Positions 1 to 8,016 of a DNA stretch of 29,209 nt are shown here, piece after piece. Both the position numbers and the translations under genes were made by a program. The stretch is from Synechococcus sp. (GTDB taxonomy: Bacteria; Cyanobacteriota; Cyanobacteriia; Thermostichales; PCC-7336). The DNA is taken from positions 1 through 29,209 of the forward strand of contig JBFRWD010000108.1 in NCBI GenBank assembly GCA_051439425.1, given 5' to 3'. Numbering within the stretch: the first letter of the stretch is position 1; every line of letters begins with the position of its first letter. Below the pieces are notes generated by a model that saw only the letters and a program-made list of their open reading frames with translations, was not told where the DNA came from and did no database searches.

Positions 1-92
1 AAACTTCATCAATCAGCTCTTTGGGATTGCTGTATAAAAATGCAGGCAGCACTTAGACTATTTGTCTACTTTCAAGTTTTTGCAACAGTACC
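1..92 (+). mobile_element. 3' end of an IS6/IS26-family element (window edge)
   Basis: Encodes the transposase tail NFINQLFGIAV*. Ends in TTTGCAACAGTACC (79-92), the reverse complement of GGTACTGTTGCAAA (IS26 IR is GGCACTGTTGCAAA). Homologous to the element ends at 2404, 21053 and 25364. Confidence 0.85.
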
Positions 93-441
93 ATATTGAC
101 TGATGAGAGCTGGTAAAGACAAAGAAAGAAAACACGATTTTTGGGAACATACATGTTGTTTATGTTTGTTACTCAAGAATGGTTGCAAGAGTTTTACAAA
201 ACAGGCGTTATTGAGAAAATTCATTTATCTACTTTATATCATATAAATATAAGCCAGAATATTGAGGCTTGTTATTAGCAATTGATGGAATATACCCCAG
301 TCCAGAAGTGCCAATTAATATAGGATATGGCTTTGAAACTATAGTTTTTGGCTTGATTGGGTTTCATTGCTATATAGGCTTGTTCTTTCATCAGGCTAAT
401 ATCCAGCTATCTATACTTAGTTAGATATAAAGGAGGCAAAA
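93..441 (+). repeat. Duplicated upstream/promoter block, copy 1
   Basis: Aligns by eye with 2527-2874 over its full length, including the AAGGAGG RBS, and its first ~150 bp align with 5265-5415. Confidence 0.9.
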
Positions 442-1224
442 ATGGCTAACGTAATTAATGGCACTCCTGGAAATGATAATCTTTTTGGTACTCCCGAAAA
501 GGATCTCATTAGAGGTTTGGATGGAGATGATCATATTTTTGCAGGTTTTGGTGATGATATTTCTGTGGGGGGAGCAGGGAATGATTGGATTCAAGATGGT
601 TTTGGTTTAGATTTAGGTTCAGGAGATGATCTGATTCAGGCAGGATCGGGTAATGATACCGTTTTTGCAGGTATAGGAAATGATCTAATAGTAGGTGGTG
701 ATGGTGATGATTTCTTGCGAGACAATCCTTTTGGGAATGGGGGTGACGATCAAATAAATGGAGGAAGAGGTAATGATTCCTTACTTGGAGATGATGGTGA
801 CGATAAATTGATTGGAGGAAGAGGTAATGATTTTTTGTCTGGTGGTAGGGGAAATGACCGCTTGATTGGAGGAAAAGGCAATGATGTATATGAATTTCGT
901 AATGAGATTACAGCTAAATTTGATGAACTAGGAGTAGATCGAATCATAGGTTATAAGCCTCAAGAAGATACTATCAGACTGAGTTCGACCGGAGGTTTCT
1001 CTCGGCTTACACCTGGAGCTTTGTTTGCTAGTTCTTTCAGTATTGTTGATAATGATTCTATGGCGGATGTCGAGGACGCTTTTATTGTTTATAGTCTAGG
1101 CAGTAAGAAGGTGTTTTACAATGAAAACGGAAACTTAGACGGTTTTGGTTCAGGTGGTGCATTTATAAACCTCATAGGTTCGGGAGATCCAGCTCTCTCT
1201 GCCAATGATTTTATTGTGACTTAG
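442..1224 (+). CDS. Hemolysin-type Ca-binding (RTX) repeat protein, 260 aa
   Basis: Many GGxGxDxLx nonapeptides; C-terminal ...LSANDFIVT tail typical of cyanobacterial RTX proteins; RBS AAGGAGG upstream. Confidence 0.92.
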   Translation: MANVINGTPGNDNLFGTPEKDLIRGLDGDDHIFAGFGDDISVGGAGNDWIQDGFGLDLGSGDDLIQAGSGNDTVFAGIGNDLIVGGDGDDFLRDNPFGNGGDDQINGGRGNDSLLGDDGDDKLIGGRGNDFLSGGRGNDRLIGGKGNDVYEFRNEITAKFDELGVDRIIGYKPQEDTIRLSSTGGFSRLTPGALFASSFSIVDNDSMADVEDAFIVYSLGSKKVFYNENGNLDGFGSGGAFINLIGSGDPALSANDFIVT

Positions 1225-1257
1225 AACCGATAACCAATCCTAGCTAATTTAATAAGT

Positions 1258-1282
1258 GATAGAGGAGCTGGTCTCCTCTATC
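1258..1282. terminator. Stem-loop downstream of RTX gene 1 (possible terminator)
   Basis: Perfect 10-bp stem GATAGAGGAG-ctggt-CTCCTCTATC, 33 bp after the stop; no strong U tract. Confidence 0.5.
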
Positions 1283-1416
1283 GGAGTGGTTCAATTGCGG
1301 GTTACATTCCAAGCTATTTCTCTAGATGAAATCAGCAATCATACCGCCGAGTTTGCGATCGCATCAGTGTGAGTCTAGATACTAAGCGATGGTATCTCGC
1401 AACCCGAGCGCACCCT

Positions 1417-1490
1417 ATGCTCCAAGCTCCCTCAGCCGCAGCCAATCTCCCTCCCGAAGCCAGATAGGAATTAGCCCTCAAGGGTCTGCT
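1417..1490 (+). pseudogene. N-terminal remnant of a transposase related to the 10929-12146 element
   Basis: Reads MLQAPSAAANLPPEAR*ELALKGL, similar to MYSAPSVAASLCPEIRQEIAIQAL starting at 12048 (-). Both are preceded by a GATAC...GTATC hairpin. Confidence 0.5.
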
Positions 1491-1737
1491 TCAACTTCAT
1501 AGGCAGTAGGGTAACACTCTGAGCAAGGCTCGAATCTGACAAAGGCCTAGTTGGTATGGATTGAGGATTTGATGAGTAACTAAGATTGTTACCCTGGTTT
1601 GAACCGTGCCATTTTCAGAACTGCCATTGTGCATCCGAAATTGCGCTTGCCAATAAAAAAGCGTCCTGTTTTGAAGCGCAGGAGGCAAGTTAAGGAGAAA
1701 CCTTATCTATTTAGGAAGGGAGAATAATACGAGGGAT

Positions 1738-1961
1738 TTAGTACACACCAGGCTCGCTGCTGGTCGAAGCATCATTTACCTTTTGCAAAAACTCGGGACG
1801 GAAGTTCTTGTTGTAAACTCCGTTGTCACCACTGGCAGAGTTGGCTTCGACTTTTTGTAGGAAGTCAGGGCGGAAGTTTTTGCTGTGTATGCCGTTCTCG
1901 GTGCTGGAGCCTCGCTCTTCTAGACGATCTAAGGTTTCCAGAATCGATGTGTTAGCGGGAG
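1738..1961 (-). pseudogene. 5'-truncated ORF with 23-aa tandem repeats (xNG[IV][HY]xKNFRP[DE]FLQKV)
   Basis: Two full repeats plus a partial third (EPGVY). The ORF-track start at 1974 lies inside the IS6 left IR, so the true 5' end is lost. Confidence 0.55.
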
Positions 1962-2404
1962 GGTTGTGTTGCAAACCTCAGCATGAATCAAGCGAGATGC
2001 TAGTCTGGGCCCTTGTTCCTCCTCTGAGCAGCTAGCTAATGCCTGCAGATGCTCCGTTCAAATTCCGTCACTTCCCTCCGTCCATCATCATCATGGCGGT
2101 GAGGCAGTACTTGAGGTATCGACTGAGTTATCGAGACGTTCAGTAACTTTTGGCTGAACGTGGAGTCAACGTCAATCATTCAACGATCTATCGCTGAGTG
2201 CAACGCCCCGCTCCGGAAATGGATGAAAGATGCCGGCCTCGCTGGCAGCCATCGAATGACTCCTGGAGGGTAGATAAACAGCTTGATGGTTTGGCTAGGG
2301 GAGACGTTGTTGCTCAGATAAACTTCATCAATCAGCTCTTTGGAATTGCTGTATAAAAACACAGACAATACTTAGACCATTTAAGTCTTTGCAACAACAG
2401 TACC
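1962..2404 (+). mobile_element. Internally deleted IS6-family element (443 bp)
   Basis: Left IR GGTTGTGTTGCAAA (1962); right IR TTTGCAAC(AAC)AGTACC ending 2404. Transposase N-terminus MPADAPFKFRHFPPSIIIMAVR has stops and joins at SWRVD directly to the C-terminus KQLDGLARG, so the DDE core is absent. Confidence 0.88.
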
Positions 2405-2482
2405 GTCCTCCTTGGTTTCGCCACCACTATACAAGGGCGATCTCGATCCAGATAGAGAAACGAGAACGCAGCATTTCTCTAT

Positions 2483-2874
2483 AGATGCAACCGACACGAA
2501 ATACCTAGGGGAGGGGACAGAAGTGAATATTGACTGATGAGAGCTGGTAAAGACAAAGAGAAAGGACACGATCCTTGGGAACATACATGTTGTTTATGTT
2601 TGTTATTCAAGAATGGTTGCAAGAGTTTTACAAAATAGGCGTTATCGAGAAAATTCATTTGCCTATTTTATATCCTATAAATGTAAGCCAGAATATTGAG
2701 GCTTGTTATTAGCAATTGATGAAATCTGGTCCAGTCCAGAAGGGCCAATTAATATAGGTTATGGTTTTGAGTCTATAGCTTTTGGCTTGATTGGGCTCAA
2801 TTTCATAAAGGCTTGGTCTTTCATCAGGCTAATATCCAGCTATCTATACTTGATTAGATATAAAGGAGGCAAAA
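2483..2874 (+). repeat. Duplicated upstream/promoter block, copy 2
   Basis: 2527-2874 matches 93-441; 2483-2678 matches 5221-5416. Confidence 0.9.
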
Positions 2875-3639
2875 ATGGCTAACGTAATTAATGGTACTCC
2901 TGGAAATGATGAGATTCTTGGTAGCCCTGGGAATGATCTCATCAAAGGATTTGCTGGAAATGATGTTATTTTTCCAGGTTTTGGTGATGATATTACTGAA
3001 GGTGGACCAGGGAATGACTTTATTCAAGATGGTTTTGGTAAAGACCTAATCAAGGCAGGATCGGGTAATGATATTGTTTTTGCAGGAGAAGACAACGATC
3101 TGGTAATTGGTGGGGATGGGGATGATTTCTTACGAGATACTCCTTTTGGAAATGGTGGTGACGATCGATTAATTGGAGGAAGGGGCAATGATTCGTTAAT
3201 CGGAGATGATGGTGATGATAAATTGATTGGAGGAAGAGGTAATGATTTTTTGTCTGGTGGCAGGGGAAATGACCGCTTGATTGGAGGAAGAGGCAATGAT
3301 ATATTTGATTTCAATAATGAATTTACCTCTAAGTTTGATGAACTAGGAGTAGATCGAATCATAGGTTATAAGCCTCAAGAAGATACTATCTTTCTTAATT
3401 CGACCGGAGGTTTCTCTCAGCTTACACCTGGAGCTTTACCTGCTAGTTCTTTCAGTATTGTTGATAATGATTCTATGGCGGATATCGAGGACGCTTTTAT
3501 TGTTTATAGTCAAGGCAGTAAGAAGGTTTTTTATAATGAAAACGGAAACTTAGGCGGTTTTGGTTCAGGTGGTGCATTTATAAACTTCATAGGCTCGGGA
3601 GACCCAGCTCTCTCTGCAAATGATTTTGTCGTCACGTAA
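2875..3639 (+). CDS. Hemolysin-type Ca-binding (RTX) repeat protein, 254 aa, paralog of 442-1224
   Basis: Same MANVINGTPGND start, GGxGxD repeats and near-identical C-terminal domain; RBS AAGGAGG. Confidence 0.92.
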   Translation: MANVINGTPGNDEILGSPGNDLIKGFAGNDVIFPGFGDDITEGGPGNDFIQDGFGKDLIKAGSGNDIVFAGEDNDLVIGGDGDDFLRDTPFGNGGDDRLIGGRGNDSLIGDDGDDKLIGGRGNDFLSGGRGNDRLIGGRGNDIFDFNNEFTSKFDELGVDRIIGYKPQEDTIFLNSTGGFSQLTPGALPASSFSIVDNDSMADIEDAFIVYSQGSKKVFYNENGNLGGFGSGGAFINFIGSGDPALSANDFVVT

Positions 3640-3784
3640 AGATCATCCTAATCCTAGGCTTGATTCAAAACCGCGTAGTGTTAAAAACATTAGGGATCTG
3701 GGATGAGCTAATGATGAAGGCGTTGTTTAGTTTCTCCATCTAACGCTCAATGACTAAAATATCGCAACTGGTTGCGGGTTTTGG
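3640..3784 (+). repeat. Conserved 3' flank shared with 10630-10765
   Basis: Near-identical sequence ATCATC.TAATCCTAGGCTTGATTCAAAACCGCGTAGTG...CAACTGGTTGCGGGTTTTGG after both stops. Confidence 0.9.
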
Positions 3785-3974
3785 TCCCGTATGAATTTGC
3801 CTGAAAGCCTCTACTGACCAGAAACCCCATCGATTCAGCCTAAAGCGGCTACAGTCCTTTAGGTTGACGGTTGATTTCGCCCCCTAGCGATTGCAACAAT
3901 CGAACAATACAGGCGGCATCTCAACCGGGGTGCCGTTTGCTTTAGGCCGATCCACTACTGCCAATCCATTCCCA

Positions 3975-4262
3975 TCAATGAAGAACTGCGGGGTGCTTTC
4001 TGCCCGCCGATCGACTACGGGTTAATTGCAAAGCCAGTTTTCCGTTGAAAATTCGCTCGCCAGGACGGGGCTTGCAGTCAGACAAGCCTGGATTGACTTG
4101 ACGACCCATGAATTGGACTTGGTCCGGTAATTCAACTGGAGCTTTGACGGGACTTTGAACGTTTGCTTTACGGCCGAGAAAGGTTGCTTCGCAATCGGTC
4201 TCAACCACGTCGTTTACTTTCATGCACTAGGGGCGACCCAGAAAATTAAGTTGAGAGTTCAT
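3975..4262 (-). pseudogene. Small DUF4278-like repeat protein with in-frame TAG at codon 12
   Basis: ATG at 4262 gives MNSQLNFLGRP*CMKVNDVVETDCEATFLGRK...VQFMGRQ. The three F[LM]GR motifs align with the neighbouring gene; TAG at 4229-4227. Confidence 0.6.
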
Positions 4263-4322
4263 TGTGCTGAGCCTCATCTCGATTACGTTTTTGTCGTTAG
4301 TCAGTCCGTCAAGCTTTGGAGG

Positions 4323-4550
4323 TTACGCAGGGACCAATCCATCGCTGTTGATGACAACAGTCTGGGGAGCGATTGCCTTTGTAGTGTGGTGTCCTAAGAA
4401 TTGAATGTCTGCAGGCAGAGAGACGTGAGGCTTCATGGGACTGCTGATATAAGCTTTGCGGCCGAAGAACGTTGCTTGCTGTTTGGTCTCGACGGTTTCG
4501 AAGGATTGGGATTGGAAGGGAAGACCGCGGTAGGTAGCTTGGAAGGTCAT
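4323..4550 (-). CDS. Small DUF4278-like protein, 75 aa
   Basis: ATYRGLPF...ATFFGRK...IQFLGH: three spaced YRG-like motifs resembling cyanobacterial DUF4278 proteins; GGAG RBS upstream; tandem paralog downstream. Confidence 0.65.
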   Translation of the reverse strand: MTFQATYRGLPFQSQSFETVETKQQATFFGRKAYISSPMKPHVSLPADIQFLGHHTTKAIAPQTVVINSDGLVPA

Positions 4551-5220
4551 GATGTCTTGCTCCAGTAGCGTGTGGGCAGTGCCCTTTGCTTCGATGCACT
4601 TAGTATCCCGAAGCCGACCCGTTGATGAAATCCAGAAACCTTCAGGTTTGTTCAGAGGAATGTTCAGGTCTTGAAAGTGATGGTGAAAATGTCAGAACTG
4701 AGGTCTCAAGTTGGGCGTGTCAATTAAAGGTTTTCTACTCAAGCTGTCAGACACCGAGCAAGAACGATTGGCTGATGGGTTAGGGGGAACAATGGCGCTG
4801 GATGAGATGGCTTGGATAGCTAGTGAAGGCGATCTAGCGGAGGCACTAGGCCACGAATCAGAGGTTTCCTGTCAGTTGTCGCGATTGGAAGGAATCATCT
4901 GCAAGTTGACTTACGGCAAGTAGATCGAGTGGGCTGGGCATCTCGTCACCACTGCCCAATTTTCACTCACCGAGGTAGAGCAATGAGATCCCTAGATACT
5001 CAGTTTCCAGTCAATCTAGCCGTTGCCAGTTTGGTTAAGGACAATCTCCCAAGCGATACAGAACAGTGAATGCAGTTGATTTTTTAAGGTCGAGAACAAC
5101 ACGGGCATTGAACTTTCAAACGCTGCAGAAACGCCTATTGGGCCTAACACTTTGCTTGTGCCGCAGATGACAACTTAGCCGATTGAGAGCTGTCACCAAC
5201 CGAACAGCGGCAGTTTCTGG

Positions 5221-5426
5221 AGATGCAACCGACACCAAATACCTAGGGGAGGGGACAGAAGTGAATATTGACTGATGAGAGCTGGTTAAGACAAAGAGAA
5301 AGAGCACGAATCTTGGAAACATACATGTTGTTTATGTTTGTTATTCAAGAATGGTTGCAAGAGTTTTACAAAACAGGCGTTATTGAGCATATTCATTTGC
5401 CTATTCTATATCCTGTAGATGCAACC
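5221..5426 (+). repeat. Upstream block, partial copy 3
   Basis: Matches 2483-2688; bounded by the direct repeat AGATGCAACC at 5221 and 5417. Confidence 0.88.
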
Positions 5427-5464
5427 AAATAAGTTCATATGAACCCAAAAATGCTTTCAATCTA

Positions 5465-5493
5465 TTTGTAGGCAAAGTTCATTTGTCTACAAA
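5465..5493. promoter_or_regulatory. Palindromic candidate operator TTTGTAGGCAAA-N5-TTTGTCTACAAA
   Basis: 12-bp arms with one mismatch, ~140 bp upstream of the 5631 start; its TTCATTTRYCTA portion recurs at 220, 2654 and 5392. Confidence 0.45.
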
Positions 5494-5630
5494 AGAAATA
5501 TTGGTTGTCTTACGGTAGGCATTTTCTCGAATAGGAAAATGCCCTAATTCTTTCATTCGAAGAATATCTTTTGACTCCTCCTAGTTCAATTGGTGCTGAA
5601 CTGTAAATATTCGCCCAAAGAGGTTTGATT

Positions 5631-7259
5631 ATGGCTTTTGACTTAACCACATTTCCATTCACAAACGGCAATGATATCGTTGCCCCGAGAGAAGAAATTT
5701 TCAATAGTGGACTAGTGAATGCTTTAGATGGCAATGACAAGATACTGGTGTCATTAGAGATAGATGCATCTGACAATCATGGTAGAACTTTTGGGATTTT
5801 TAATGTAGTTGATTTTCAAGGTGAACCCCCGATTGAACCCATAATTGATACCGGAATGGGGAATGATATTGTAGAGGGAGTGGTTGAAATTTTAGGCGGA
5901 AATAGTATAAGTGGTGATGGCTTTGGTCATGTTGCGGGGATTGCTCAAACAATTGAGCAGGCTGACGCCTATATTCTAACTGGGCCAGGCCGAGATCGAG
6001 TTAAAGGAGCTACCAGAATACAGCTTGGTAGGGATGTTGGCGAAGATGTCCGTCTCTTCGCAACTGGGATTTCTGGAGGATCGATTGACACAGGACTTGA
6101 TAGAGATGTTGTAGAAGGTAGTGGCATAATTCAAGTCAAAGATGGGGGAGACGATCAATTTGCTAGAGGAATTTCGTACGCAGGTATTAGTACAGGAGAA
6201 GGAAACGATAAAGTCACTGGCAATGCTGCTATTAACCGGGGTGATACTCCGATTGGAGAATCTAGATTTACTAGTACGGCCGAAGCATTTTTGTTCTTCG
6301 ATATTAATTCTGGAGCTGGTAACGACGTCATTGAAGGAACTGCTGCTGTAAATGTTGGAAGTGGAACCGATTTCTCTGTGTTCTCCAATGGATTCCTTTT
6401 CGGTGGAATAGACACAGGAGAGGGGAATGATACTGTCAGAAGTACTGTTGAAGCTATCGCAGGTAACGTAACCGATGTTGATATAATAGCTGACGGATTT
6501 GGCGGGTTTGGGGGAAACCTCGAAATAGAGACTGGTGCAGGTAACGACAAGGTAATAGCAGATGTCTTCACTCAAGTAGGTGACGGTACGGGTGAAACAC
6601 CAATCTCTGACTCTTCTGACGGGTTTGATCAAGTTCAACTGAATACTGGTACGGGAAATGACGTGGTCACCGGCACTTCAGTTGTAAGATTCGGAAACAG
6701 AAACGGTGCAGTGGCAAGGGCCAATGGAATTACCCTTAGCACTATTGAGACTGAAGATGGCAGAGATCGGGTAATTGGGACTGCTAGAGCTGATGTAGGT
6801 TTAGGGACTACGGCAGAGGCAAAGGGAATCAACAGCAGCACTATTGAGACTGGCGATGACAGAGATGTTGTCACGGGTTTGGCTACTGCCTATGGCCCTG
6901 GCGCGTTCGCGATTGGCATCTCGGACAGTGATATTTTGTTGGGCGGCGGTAACGATCAGGTTAGTGCTAGAGCTGTTGGGGATGGCACCCTAATTGGCAT
7001 TCATAACACTACAATTAATGCCGAAGCTGGCAACGATGTCATCAAAATTTTAAATGGAAACGGGAATATTGACGGTGGTGAAGGTAGGGATATTTTAATT
7101 ATTCAGGAGGGATTTAGCGATGACTACACCTTTACAACAACTGGTGCATCAGCAGGAACTATTGAAAACGTTGCTAATTCGACTAATCTTGTCGTCAGTA
7201 ATGTAGAGAAATTCATTTTCAATGATGGAAGCTTTGAATTTGGAGAGCTGTTTGTTTAA
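5631..7259 (+). CDS. Secreted acidic, Gly-rich Ca-binding/RTX-like repeat protein (~542 aa)
   Basis: Repeated IxTGxGxDxVxG units separated by long inserts; GGGND/GGEGRD motifs; C-terminal NVEKFIFNDG motif. ATG at 5631 with AGAGG RBS preferred over TTG at 5625. Confidence 0.85.
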   Translation: MAFDLTTFPFTNGNDIVAPREEIFNSGLVNALDGNDKILVSLEIDASDNHGRTFGIFNVVDFQGEPPIEPIIDTGMGNDIVEGVVEILGGNSISGDGFGHVAGIAQTIEQADAYILTGPGRDRVKGATRIQLGRDVGEDVRLFATGISGGSIDTGLDRDVVEGSGIIQVKDGGDDQFARGISYAGISTGEGNDKVTGNAAINRGDTPIGESRFTSTAEAFLFFDINSGAGNDVIEGTAAVNVGSGTDFSVFSNGFLFGGIDTGEGNDTVRSTVEAIAGNVTDVDIIADGFGGFGGNLEIETGAGNDKVIADVFTQVGDGTGETPISDSSDGFDQVQLNTGTGNDVVTGTSVVRFGNRNGAVARANGITLSTIETEDGRDRVIGTARADVGLGTTAEAKGINSSTIETGDDRDVVTGLATAYGPGAFAIGISDSDILLGGGNDQVSARAVGDGTLIGIHNTTINAEAGNDVIKILNGNGNIDGGEGRDILIIQEGFSDDYTFTTTGASAGTIENVANSTNLVVSNVEKFIFNDGSFEFGELFV

Positions 7260-7456
7260 CTAGGGAGACCTACTTCCTTTCCCAACTCTTCTTTTATCGC
7301 TTTAAGGTAAGGTCCATAGTCATCAGTAACTACATGTTCGGGAGGCTCTTCGGCCACTTCTAATGCCTGCTGGAAGAAGGCTTTGGCTGCTTCCATATCC
7401 TGAGTCTGGCTCAGCCTGGAGTCCACTAGATTTCCGTCCGAATCAATTGCTCTCGA
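7256..7456 (-). pseudogene. IS6-family transposase core fragment (second subfamily)
   Basis: RAIDSDGNLVDSRLSQTQDMEAAKAFFQQAL...PEHVVTD motif of IS6/IS240 DDE transposases. Confidence 0.8.
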
Positions 7457-7513
7457 TTCTGTCAGAACTGGGATCTCAGCAAGGAGCGAACAGTCTGCTA
7501 GGCTATGCAACTC

Positions 7514-7725
7514 GGTATCGTCAAATTAACTGAGACGTAACGAAAATCGTCACTGTTTTTCTTGGTCAAGGCCATAGGTGATGACTTGAGCTACTGCATA
7601 CAGACATCTCACATCAAGCCAGCTCTCTAAGCGTTGACTCATTGTTTCCCAATATTCTGTTGCCGAGAGTTTGTGCGGATAGAGATGGAAATGCCCTTTA
7701 ATGGGTTCGAAAGCAGATGAAAGAT
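7514..7725 (-). mobile_element. 3' remnant of an IS6-family element
   Basis: LSSAFEPIKGHFHLYPHKLSATEYWETMSQRLESW matches the tail at 24272-24445; IR-like GGTATCGTCAAATTAAC at 7514. Confidence 0.65.
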
Positions 7726-8016
7726 GAAACCCTTTGCGCCTGGCAGAGGGATTTGAAGAGACCCATCCGTTTTCCACTTAATCTTGTTGGTAAATGGGAA
7801 TTTTCTGCCTATTTGTTTAGGCCAACATGCTGTCTATGGTCTACTCCTCTCAGTATCTTTTTCATGCCCACTGCATAGCCTCTCATTAGTCTAAATATGA
7901 GTTTCAGAGATATGAGCTTTTCCCGATTCTAAAAGATGTGGTGAGTGAACTCAGTACGGTTTGTGGCCGTAAACCAGCTTCAAAATTCACAAAATTGCTA
8001 AACAGGATGAATACCC

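Noticed and set aside
99..135. CTGATGAG...GAAA resembling a hammerhead ribozyme core (also near 2534 and 5272)
   Set aside because: No stem II closing onto CGAAA and no stems I/III can be drawn.
2381..2584. Paralogous minus-strand ORFs MFPR... (2381-2584, 5116-5322)
   Set aside because: Similarity simply follows the duplicated upstream block; the C-termini run into unrelated DNA, including an IS end.
4551..4700. Glutamine riboswitch upstream of the DUF4278-like genes
   Set aside because: The CGTT...GGAAG...GAAGGAACG-type conserved words I expect for these riboswitches are not visible on the minus strand.
4711..5110. 70-aa ORF and a faint minus-strand HATPase-like word (IAWEIVLNQTG)
   Set aside because: Too short and interrupted by stops to support a call.
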